A DNA stretch of 64,000 bases from Barthelona sp. PAP020 (lineage: Eukaryota). Shown here in pieces: positions 10,423-19,922 of the stretch. Where the stretch lies: the NCBI GenBank assembly GCA_040182905.1, contig JARQWU010000004.1, forward strand, positions 1 to 64,000, given 5' to 3'. The number at the start of each line of letters is the position of its first letter. The first letter of the stretch is position 1. A model generated the notes under the pieces. The model searched no databases, was not told the DNA's origin, and saw nothing but the letters and a program-made list of their open reading frames with translations. A program made the translations under genes and the position numbers.

Positions 10423-13400
10423 TTACAGTCCAAGAAAATCCAAAGCTTGATCTGCTGCTCTTTTTTCAGCAATTTTTTTTGAAGTTCCTTCTCCAAAATA
10501 ATCTTTTCCCAAAACACAAACTTTACATGTAAATCGAGGTAAATGATCCAAACCAGACTTGGATACCATCTCATATATCGGCAATTCCAAACCTACCTTT
10601 TGAGTATACTCTTGCAACAACGATTTTGAATTCTCTCTTCTCAATGAAGGAAAAATATTGAGCGATTCAATGGCAGGAATGACCACAAATTGAAAAACAT
10701 TTTGTGCTGCTGAAAATGATCCATCAAGCCAAATGGCACCAAAAACAGCTTCTAATGCGTCAGCGTATACTTTTGAGACATCTTTGTTTGGAATGAAATC
10801 CTGATCTCCTTTCAAAACAAAAGTTTCCAGAGAAATTAAAGAACTAATAGAAGCCAAAGTATCACCATTGGCCATGAATGCACGTAGTTTGGATAGTATT
10901 CCTTCATCACTCTTAGGATGCCTTAAGAAGAAATATTCTGCCAATAATAGATCCAAAACAGCATCACCAAGGTATTCTAATCGTTGATTATTTGCTGATG
11001 TGTTCATTTTTCTTTGAAATGAACGATGGATTAATGCAGATTGAAGTAAATGAATGTTTTTAAAGCGATAATGTAGCTTATCCTCCAATATAGATAAATT
11101 ATCGGAAATCAGAGGAGTGGTGAATTCATACACATCAATATAATCATCACTGTGTTCACTATACTCTTCTTCGTCTTGTGTTTGATGATTTTGCTGTAAT
11201 TTGAACAACATCTGATCTAAATACTTTGTATAATTGGTATTTTTCAACAAGTCGAATGATTTTTCAAGAATACATTCCTCAACCTCTTCAAAAAACAAGC
11301 ACAACTGAGCTTTTTGAAATTTTTCAAACACCCCTTCACTGACCATTATTTCAGGAATCTCGTCAAACCGATTAATCACAGAAGCCACAACAGAACCATC
11401 CATCTGATACCAAAAGTCAAAAGAACAATTTTGACAAAGTACAGTGAATGTATAAATATCAATGGTGTTGAATTTTTTAAAATTTGGGCCAAAATTATCA
11501 TTAAACAATTCATAAATATTAGAAGACGTTTCAATGATATTAACACATGCAGAAATATTGCCAAAGTTCGAATAATTGGCTTGTATAATGTCAAGACTAT
11601 TATCAAAAAAATTGAAATCAGGTAAATTTTTCTGAAGTCTCAAGAATTCTTCTAAACTTAAATGAACGCCTTCATATAACATCTGTTTAATAATTGTATG
11701 TTCATAATTAAAATTTAAACACTTGAAGACCTTGAAAAAAATAGGGTACTTCAAAAAGGACATTTCTTTCATGTATTGAAACAAAGATGAAACGAAAGGA
11801 TTGTCTTGCTTTTCTGTAAACTGTAAAAAAATCGAGAAAAAGTTATCAAACAGACAAATTAGTTTTTCATAAGACAAATCAGTGAGAAATAACTCAAAAT
11901 TATTAGCAACAAATTGAGAAATCGCTTCTTTATCAAATACTAAAATTTTTTGAGTTTGAATGAAAATATCCTGAAAAATACTCATATTTTCCAATATATA
12001 TAAATTACCACCATTCTTTATATTGTTTTCCTTTGTATAATCAGTTAAATATGATTCAAACTTTTTATATTCATCATAATTTAACCAAATACCTTCGGAA
12101 ACAAGGAAATTAATTTCATAATCAGTTAATGAACAATTTGAAAATAAATTTTGTAAAACTCCACCATTTCTTTGATTTTGTTTAATGATTTCAATTAATG
12201 GAACAATATTTGAATTTTGATTTTCTTTTAAAGATAAATGATAAAAAAACAAATCTTTAAATGATTCTTCTATCATATATACATTTAAACGTTGTGAATT
12301 ATTATCAAAACATACTAAATGATGTTGATTATTAATAATAAAAAAATTGAATTTGGTGCAGGCAAAATCAAAATTCCAAGAAAAAAATTTTTTTTTTTTT
12401 TCTTTTTTATTTCCTGCTAAAAATACTTTATTTTGATAATTTAATACAAGAAAATTAGTTTTATAATTTTTTTGAACATTATCATTAAAATTTTTAATCA
12501 AATTTTTTGAATAAAAGATCTTGAAATCAAGTAATTTTTCTGGAATAACAAGAATTTCATTTGAAATGTCTAAAAAATCAATTTTACGCAAAGCAAGATC
12601 TTTTTTGTGAAAATTATTGAAATTACATAAATTTGAAAGAAGAATAGAATGAATTGTTGAGATTTCTTGTGAAGAATTTATAAGACTTTTTGTAAGCAAA
12701 TATAATTTATTATCAATAAAATCAATGTTGAAACTGATTAAAATTGATGGAAGATTTATAATATGATTAGCAATTTTCAATGATTCTGCCACAACATAAA
12801 ATTCTAAACTTCGTCCAAAAACAAGAATACAACCATTATTCAAACACTCTAACCTTGTAATTCCAATTCTTATATCCAGAGTCAACCAACTTTCTTCAAT
12901 CTTTTCTACAATATCAAAACAATGAATATTTCCATTAACAGTAGCAACATATATTAAATCTGCTGTTGAACTGCTACCGAACGTAAGAGCAATCGGTTTT
13001 CCACGTGTCAAAAACTCATCATCAAAAAATTGTGTTGTTTCCCAATTCAAAATTTTAAGAACACCATCTCCAGTAATATATGCAAAATATGCTCCATCAA
13101 ATGAAAAATCAAAGTCAACTACACATTTTTGTGCTTCAATCTTCTTTACCAATTTAAAACTATCAGTATCGAAAAAGTAGATGTAAGTCGTATTGGTGTT
13201 TATAACTACAAACCATCCTAAACGATCAAAATGTTTGTATTTTAGGGGATTTTCAATGGATAAAATGAAAGTAAGATCATATTTATTTTGAAATGGAAAA
13301 TAATGATCAATACATCGCAATAATATATCATATTCATGTAATTCAAACAATTTCTTCTGAAATTTAATCAAATTATACCCATTTTCAACTAAATAATCAA

Positions 13401-13605
13401 AAAATTCATATCTCAAATTTTTTATACATTCAATACCCAAATAAATATCAGTCAACACATGATTGTTTAATCCTTTTTCAGTTTGAAAAAATCTCATCAT
13501 TCTTTTCAATTGATCATCTTTGCAATTTGGAATATTTTTGATCAATTTGTCAAATTGGTTGGAATTAAAATTATCTTCATCATTACATCTCTTTAAATCT
13601 TGCAT
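10423..13605 (-). CDS. 1060-aa protein: WD40-like repeats + long helical region + C-terminal single RNase III domain + dsRBD
   Basis: RNase III signatures NQRLEYLGDAVL and ADALEAVFGA; dsRBD NSKSLLQEYTQ...SGLDHLPRF...GEGTSKKIAEKRAA; WD-like blade VVDFDFSFDGAYFAYITGDGVLKILNW. Confidence 0.9.
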   Translation of the reverse strand: MQDLKRCNDEDNFNSNQFDKLIKNIPNCKDDQLKRMMRFFQTEKGLNNHVLTDIYLGIECIKNLRYEFFDYLVENGYNLIKFQKKLFELHEYDILLRCIDHYFPFQNKYDLTFILSIENPLKYKHFDRLGWFVVINTNTTYIYFFDTDSFKLVKKIEAQKCVVDFDFSFDGAYFAYITGDGVLKILNWETTQFFDDEFLTRGKPIALTFGSSSTADLIYVATVNGNIHCFDIVEKIEESWLTLDIRIGITRLECLNNGCILVFGRSLEFYVVAESLKIANHIINLPSILISFNIDFIDNKLYLLTKSLINSSQEISTIHSILLSNLCNFNNFHKKDLALRKIDFLDISNEILVIPEKLLDFKIFYSKNLIKNFNDNVQKNYKTNFLVLNYQNKVFLAGNKKEKKKKFFSWNFDFACTKFNFFIINNQHHLVCFDNNSQRLNVYMIEESFKDLFFYHLSLKENQNSNIVPLIEIIKQNQRNGGVLQNLFSNCSLTDYEINFLVSEGIWLNYDEYKKFESYLTDYTKENNIKNGGNLYILENMSIFQDIFIQTQKILVFDKEAISQFVANNFELFLTDLSYEKLICLFDNFFSIFLQFTEKQDNPFVSSLFQYMKEMSFLKYPIFFKVFKCLNFNYEHTIIKQMLYEGVHLSLEEFLRLQKNLPDFNFFDNSLDIIQANYSNFGNISACVNIIETSSNIYELFNDNFGPNFKKFNTIDIYTFTVLCQNCSFDFWYQMDGSVVASVINRFDEIPEIMVSEGVFEKFQKAQLCLFFEEVEECILEKSFDLLKNTNYTKYLDQMLFKLQQNHQTQDEEEYSEHSDDYIDVYEFTTPLISDNLSILEDKLHYRFKNIHLLQSALIHRSFQRKMNTSANNQRLEYLGDAVLDLLLAEYFFLRHPKSDEGILSKLRAFMANGDTLASISSLISLETFVLKGDQDFIPNKDVSKVYADALEAVFGAIWLDGSFSAAQNVFQFVVIPAIESLNIFPSLRRENSKSLLQEYTQKVGLELPIYEMVSKSGLDHLPRFTCKVCVLGKDYFGEGTSKKIAEKRAADQALDFLGL

Positions 13606-14148
13606 ATCAAAAATATTTTTTAATTATAAACGGAAAGATTTCATTACTGTAATTTGTGCACATTATCTAATCTCATCAAATCAATGATATTCCAAATATA
13701 TATTGGCATATCTGTATAATCAAAGTTCTGTTAAAGCTAATTGATTCTTAACGATCAAAGAAGAACAATTTCTTTTGATAGTGTAGTTTTTTCTCTTTTT
13801 TTTTTTTCAACTCAAACAATTAAAACCCAACAAATATTTACCTTATTAACTTTATTAATTAAATTGACTGTTTTGATTGTGGCAAAGTTTTGTTTAAATA
13901 GAGAATCAAAAGAAAGAGTTCATCTTTTCCTTTAAATTAAAATCAATATCATTGTTTATTTGATCATAAAAGTTTCATATCCTCTTTGATTTGGAAAAAC
14001 TTTTCATTTTTCATAAGTTTAGTTGAAATGATAAAAATTGTAAAGTATAAAAGGGAAAAAAAAAAAATCATCCCTTGATCAAACAATTAAATGAAGAAAT
14101 GAAGACATTTAAAAATTTCATTCAAGTGAAGAAGTAGTGTATTATTAG

Positions 14149-14663
14149 ATATTTATGAGGTATGAGTTGTTCAGTGAACAACGAAACGAGTTAGCTTAAG
14201 GTTTGTGAAAACTCACGTGGATTCAGATGCCCAAGTAACATAAAAAATTGGACTAAAGGTGGTCAAGAAACAACAAATTAAGGAAGTGATATTTGATGAA
14301 CTCTTTATATCTCCAATAAATTCCGTTCATTGAGCATGAACTTCCACATTATTTCCAAGCCAAGAAGCACTGTGTGTATGAATGAATAAAAAAGAATGGT
14401 GTTTATTTGGTTAAAAGCTTTCGAGGCCTGATTGATCTGTTGAAAAACTTTAGATTTTCTAAGGTAAAGTTTAAACTTTAAAATTTTGCTTTTGCAAAAA
14501 TACAAAAGAATAGGAATGGAAAATTTTTCCAAAATTTTCATACTTGATGAGCAAGATTCAATTGCAGCCACTCATTTTCTGTGGCTGAGATTTAATGAAA
14601 TGAGTTTTCTCTGATTACTTTTTCTTTGTAAATAAATATAGTTGTTTCACAACTGGACCAAAT
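14149..14663 (+). repeat. Repeat family R2, copy A: module X (14149-14350) followed by module Y (14349-14663)
   Basis: X matches the reverse complement of 33438-33640 and Y matches the reverse complement of 33639-33960. Identical blocks of 49, 50, 25 and 40 nt lie at the module ends. Confidence 0.92.
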
Positions 14664-15061
14664 TTTTCCACTTTCGTCTTAGAAGTTATTTCCAAAACAA
14701 AATACATTATGGTATGAACATTTAATCAGTTGGGAACGACAGTTGTTTAATTTTCTGATCTTAAAACGATTACCTTCTTTCTTTACACACCATTCCAAGG
14801 ATTGTGATAATTTTTCAGCTATTCTTATTATTAAGTTTCAAAAAATAAATTTATACTGGAAAATTTCTTCTTAAATAACAATTTAAATTATTTTATTTTA
14901 TTTTATTTTATTTTTAAAATATTTAATTTGTTAATTTTTCCCTTTTTTTTTGTTGTGTCAAGCAAAGATAAAAATAAAATGATAATAAAATCAAAAAAGT
15001 GAATAAAAATGAAAAAGATTCAAAAGAAGAATGATAAAATTTTATTTTATTATGGGAGTTG

Positions 15062-18000
15062 ATGATAGAAACTGAATTTGATATTTGGATATTTTTATTT
15101 CTTTTTAAAATATCAATATTATTATCGATAAGATTAAATAGAATTGAAAAAGATATTGAAAACAAAACAAAACGAAAACTTGAATATATAGTATGTAGAA
15201 CGCTTGAAATAATATTATTATTGATTGGAACAATAGGATTATTAACAATATTGATCACAAGAAATTTTGATATGCATTGGATAAAATCAATTGCATCTGA
15301 AATTCCTTCATTTTTTTTATTGTATTTTCTACTTGATTTAATAAGCAATCAAGGAAAATTTAACGTTTTTGTTTTTGGTGGTTTTTTGTTTTTTTCTCCA
15401 TTAATTACTTTTTTGACTCCATTGGATGATTTTAAAAATTTTAAACGTTTAATTTTTCATCAATCTTTTTTTATTCAATGTGTTTTGCTAATGTTATCAT
15501 GTAATGATGGAATTTCCAGACAAAAATTTTACAAGTTTTATTCACTATTTTGGAAGTCTTATGATGATAGATTTAAACACAAAAATGGACATGGAAACAG
15601 TAAATCTCACAGTTCTTTGCATAACAATAAAATATTAAAGCTACTTGATTTAATGAGGAATTTTGATCGTTTTATTGTATTTTTTTCAATTTTTTGGACA
15701 ATTGTACATTTAATTTTTTATCATTACATGGTATTAACATTGGATGAAAAAGAATTAATACAAGCACATCTTTTTATTTATTCCACATCGATTGTATGTA
15801 TTTATTGGGCTTTTTATCCTTCTCATATCACTTTTAAGAATACAAATTATAGTGAGATGACTTTGCTATTTTTTGGTAATTTTGCTTTAATGTTGTTCAC
15901 TTGTATTTATCTTATATATCCTTTTAAAGAATTATGTTATTTTTTTGTGATATTTTCAATTGGAATATTTTCAATTTTTGACAACATTTACAATTTTAAA
16001 AATATTTTATTCTTTGATCAAACGTTTTGGTTAAGTAGATATTTGAATTTGAAGGAAAATGAATGGTTTACGAATGCTAACAATTTTTATAAAAATTCGT
16101 TATCTTCTATTGTTTTGTTAAAAAGTTCATCTTTATATTTGAGTTTGTTTTTTTTAGTTGTTTTGAAATTTTTCAAAATTTTTGGTTATTCACATGATGT
16201 CTTCATATGGTTACCATTTTCTTTTATTGAAATAAAAGTATTTTTTGATGCAATGGTTAAATTTCGTTTTTTTTCTTTGAAAAAATGGGTTTTATTAATG
16301 TTTCGTACATTTATGTTAATCTTATTGTTATTTGTTACTTGTAATACAATTATTTTCAAACTTTCAAACATTATTGAATTATTGAAAGTTTGTAGTGTTG
16401 GTTATTCTTTAGGCCCTATTTGTATTATTTATTTACAATATGAAAAGCAATTTTGTTATTTTAACACTTTAAAATTAAAGCATATTTTATACTTTATCAT
16501 GAGCATTTTTGTTGCTATTGCTATTGGTTTTGTTTTATGTGATTGTGTTGATTTTGCTATAATGTTTTTTGTGATGAATGAATATTTTTTGATTTTTTAT
16601 ATGCGTATGAAACAGCATTCACTTCGTTATTCTAGTCAAATTCTTCAGTTTTGCTTTCATATCTTCATCTTATTATATATTTATCATATTGATTTTAAAT
16701 ATGCTACTCATATTAATCTAATGATTTCTTTCTTTTTCATTCTGATGTGTTATTATTTTCGTGAACAAAAATTATTTGTCATTGTACCTTTTGGATTTTT
16801 CATCTTGAATTACTTCTTTTTAATTAGTTTTTTTGTTCAATACAATCTGTTAATCTTTTATATCATCGGTTTAATAGTTTTAATTGTTCCTTTTGTTTTA
16901 TTTATTTACGAAATGATTGTTCATGAAAATTTTTCAAAATCTTTCTTTTTTTCAGTCATCACATTTACAACGATTCTCCTTTTATGGATATCTTGTTTCT
17001 TTACGAACGATAGAATGTATTTCAATTTCGGAATGCTAATATTGGTATTTTTTATGATGGTATTAACTTTTTTTTCCTTAAACGGTGACTTTTACGTTGC
17101 TAGAAATTCTTTTCAACTTTTCTTTTGCTCAAGAAAATCAAAGAAAATTGTGAATTATTCTTTCAAATTATTTTGCACTTTATTTTCATATCTGTTCATT
17201 GTTGAATTATATCATTTGTTGAATCGATGTTTTTTTTGCGATTATGTTTCATTAATGATCCGAAATTTTGCTTTGATTTTGATTTTTTCCATTTTATTGA
17301 AAATTTTTTACAATAATTCAAACAAGATAAGTAGACTTAGTTCGTTACCTTTCAATAAAGAGTTAGTGAAGAAAGTGACTAAATCTTTGCCAACTTCAGC
17401 TCATTTACCATCACAGAATCAATCCTTTTCACATTCAAACCCCACACAAACACATACATTTCCAAATTTTGAATTTGATATTGATTCATCCCTACAAAAT
17501 CAACAGCAAGTTCATGCTTCTTTTGAAAAGTCTGAGCTTTATGAATATGTACATGAAGCTTTATTTTTTTATACTTTCAAGTCTATAAGTAAAAATTGTT
17601 TAGAACAGATAAATCTTTTGTTGAAAGGTACTTTAAGCACCTTGTTTTATAATCAGAGTGAAATGAATAACCTTTTACAAAACTATCATATTTTTTTAAC
17701 AAATTGGATTAAAGACTTGAAGATTCAATGGAATTTAGATTCAAATTTTGAAAAAACTTCGTTGTCAAATACAAATTCTAAAATGCAAATTTTAGTTGAA
17801 AGAGTGAATAAAAATCCATTCTTTATCGACTTAGATGAGGTCGTAAATTCAAAAATGTTGTTTCCTTTTAAATACATGTTTCATCACAAACAAAATCTTT
17901 CTAAGTTTACAAATATTTCACAAATTTCTCATTTTTCTCAATCAGGTATCAATAGTTTTCATAGGTATATGAATCAATCAAATCCTACTAGTATGAAAAG

Positions 18001-19825
18001 TAGTCAGAGTTCCAGCCAACGCAATTCAAATTTTGAACAAGAACAAGAACAAGTTCAAGGAGATAAATGGCAGAAACTCAAAAGAAAGAGTTTATTTGAC
18101 AGATCGGCACCTAATGACAGTGCAAATTCAACGACCTTTGAATATACGGATGCTGTTGAAATTGAAACATTGGATGAAGATGGCAATATTTCATATGAGG
18201 ATAATGAACAGCTTAAGCCTAACAATAAACATAATAAAATAAATGAAAAAGATCAAGTGAATCTGACTATGGATTATATAAAAGTTGAGATTGACGAATA
18301 TGATATGGATGAGAGTGAGGCAGATGATAGTTATAACAATAGCGTAAATAGTGATTTCAATGAAATCTTACCATTGTATCTAGAGATAAAACAAACTTTA
18401 AAGGTGATATCAGAATTATTACCAAAAATCCGCTTTAACACATTTAATATCCATTTAAATGATTATTTAATATTGTTGGTCAATTTTGCTGGAATTAACT
18501 TGCATAGGATGGACGAAAGCACATTGGATGAGATCGTTGCGTGCAATATTAGTGCAAACGAGATCCGGGCAATTTTATTTCAGCAATTTACTCAACAAAG
18601 CCAAAAGTTAACAGAATTTGAAACAAAAACTTTTCAGAAATTTTTGGAAACATTCGAAACTTTTGCATTTAATAAGTATTGGCATGGTGAACCTTTTGTT
18701 GATGCTGAATGGACTTTTCAAGGTCTTTCGTTAACAAATTGTGTCCTACATAATTATTTCTATGATGACCTGAATTCAAAATATTCCATCACTTTTTATT
18801 TTTATGAAATGTTCAGAAAGTTTTTTAGCAACGAACATGAACAAAAGCCTCTTCATTTAAAACCTTTGAAATTTTTTCAAATTCTTGAATTTCAATTCAG
18901 TTCTATTGGGAGCTTTTTGATTCAAAATAATTTGTTGAACATTGCATTATCACAACTGTGTGTCTTTTGTGACCCGTTGGCGAATATTTATCTCTTTAGA
19001 GTTCCAAACAATGATAGTGATAGTGATCAATTTGAGTTTCAATATGTATTATTGGATGGACAAGTATTTGAAAAAGAAAAATTTCAATTCAATTTATTGC
19101 TGAAACTTTTGATCAAACTTTCAAACAATACTTTAATGAATTGGAATATTCCAGATATTATAAAATTATGTTTTGGATGTGAAAAAGTCATTTTGAATGC
19201 AAATTTTCAAAACGAATTTTTTACTTTTATCAATACTGAAGGATCTTTCCTTTTTGATCCTTCTATCAATAAGATTTACATTCGTAATGATTATTTTACT
19301 GTTAAAACGCTTGCTGGAGACACCTTAAATTTGGAAGATTTGAATCTTGATACTTTACAATGCTATCTTTGTTTATTACCCTTTCCTCATTCTGTAAAAC
19401 AGAGAATCGAAAAAGGGTTCATATTTAGAGGAAAATTAAGTTTCAGAGATATTATTTCAATCAAATCTGATAGTTATTTTTCAACTGAAAATGAAACCGT
19501 TATGAATTTATGTTTCATTTCTGATAATCCACAGGGTACTGAAATTGATCTACGATTTAACAATGAAAAAACTTTTAAATTTCATCATTTTATCAGCATC
19601 AGTTTACCATTTCAAAAAGATGACATGATTTTCTCTTTATCTTGCAAAGAGACAACATCAATAATTATTTTATCATCAGATAAACAAGTACGTGATAATT
19701 TTCTCACAGAAAAAGCTTTTTTAAAACGAAGAGGTAGTGTAAATCAGAAGAGTTTTGTTGAAAGTTCATTAAATAGGAATTCCTTCAATTCTAATGAAAG
19801 TTCAAATTCTTATTCTATAAAATGA
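15062..19825 (+). CDS. Large multi-pass membrane protein with a highly degenerate calpain-like C-terminal region
   Basis: About 750 aa of TM segments, a low-complexity linker, then EPFVDAEW (cf. calpain F.DPEF), QYVLLDGQV (cf. V.IDD.LP) and LLLKLLIKL (cf. LLEKAYAK). Same layout as 55896-61241. ATG is at 15062. Confidence 0.5.
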   Translation: MIETEFDIWIFLFLFKISILLSIRLNRIEKDIENKTKRKLEYIVCRTLEIILLLIGTIGLLTILITRNFDMHWIKSIASEIPSFFLLYFLLDLISNQGKFNVFVFGGFLFFSPLITFLTPLDDFKNFKRLIFHQSFFIQCVLLMLSCNDGISRQKFYKFYSLFWKSYDDRFKHKNGHGNSKSHSSLHNNKILKLLDLMRNFDRFIVFFSIFWTIVHLIFYHYMVLTLDEKELIQAHLFIYSTSIVCIYWAFYPSHITFKNTNYSEMTLLFFGNFALMLFTCIYLIYPFKELCYFFVIFSIGIFSIFDNIYNFKNILFFDQTFWLSRYLNLKENEWFTNANNFYKNSLSSIVLLKSSSLYLSLFFLVVLKFFKIFGYSHDVFIWLPFSFIEIKVFFDAMVKFRFFSLKKWVLLMFRTFMLILLLFVTCNTIIFKLSNIIELLKVCSVGYSLGPICIIYLQYEKQFCYFNTLKLKHILYFIMSIFVAIAIGFVLCDCVDFAIMFFVMNEYFLIFYMRMKQHSLRYSSQILQFCFHIFILLYIYHIDFKYATHINLMISFFFILMCYYFREQKLFVIVPFGFFILNYFFLISFFVQYNLLIFYIIGLIVLIVPFVLFIYEMIVHENFSKSFFFSVITFTTILLLWISCFFTNDRMYFNFGMLILVFFMMVLTFFSLNGDFYVARNSFQLFFCSRKSKKIVNYSFKLFCTLFSYLFIVELYHLLNRCFFCDYVSLMIRNFALILIFSILLKIFYNNSNKISRLSSLPFNKELVKKVTKSLPTSAHLPSQNQSFSHSNPTQTHTFPNFEFDIDSSLQNQQQVHASFEKSELYEYVHEALFFYTFKSISKNCLEQINLLLKGTLSTLFYNQSEMNNLLQNYHIFLTNWIKDLKIQWNLDSNFEKTSLSNTNSKMQILVERVNKNPFFIDLDEVVNSKMLFPFKYMFHHKQNLSKFTNISQISHFSQSGINSFHRYMNQSNPTSMKSSQSSSQRNSNFEQEQEQVQGDKWQKLKRKSLFDRSAPNDSANSTTFEYTDAVEIETLDEDGNISYEDNEQLKPNNKHNKINEKDQVNLTMDYIKVEIDEYDMDESEADDSYNNSVNSDFNEILPLYLEIKQTLKVISELLPKIRFNTFNIHLNDYLILLVNFAGINLHRMDESTLDEIVACNISANEIRAILFQQFTQQSQKLTEFETKTFQKFLETFETFAFNKYWHGEPFVDAEWTFQGLSLTNCVLHNYFYDDLNSKYSITFYFYEMFRKFFSNEHEQKPLHLKPLKFFQILEFQFSSIGSFLIQNNLLNIALSQLCVFCDPLANIYLFRVPNNDSDSDQFEFQYVLLDGQVFEKEKFQFNLLLKLLIKLSNNTLMNWNIPDIIKLCFGCEKVILNANFQNEFFTFINTEGSFLFDPSINKIYIRNDYFTVKTLAGDTLNLEDLNLDTLQCYLCLLPFPHSVKQRIEKGFIFRGKLSFRDIISIKSDSYFSTENETVMNLCFISDNPQGTEIDLRFNNEKTFKFHHFISISLPFQKDDMIFSLSCKETTSIIILSSDKQVRDNFLTEKAFLKRRGSVNQKSFVESSLNRNSFNSNESSNSYSIK

Positions 19826-19922
19826 TTCAAAATTTCAAAGTTTTTTTATAAAGATTGAAACAAGGATTGGTAAAATATATATTATCAACTTCACAAAAAA
19901 AAAAAAAACAAACCGAATAATT

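Noticed and set aside
14159..14220. Hammerhead ribozyme in module X (ATGAG-stem-CGAAAC)
   Set aside because: The core reads GGTATGA rather than CTGANGA, and no stem III followed by a UH cleavage triplet could be formed.
14305..14571. ORFs 14305-14571 (-) and 33747-34049 (+) as a small protein family
   Set aside because: They are simply the same strand and frame of repeat module Y. They have different starts and ends and mostly non-synonymous differences.
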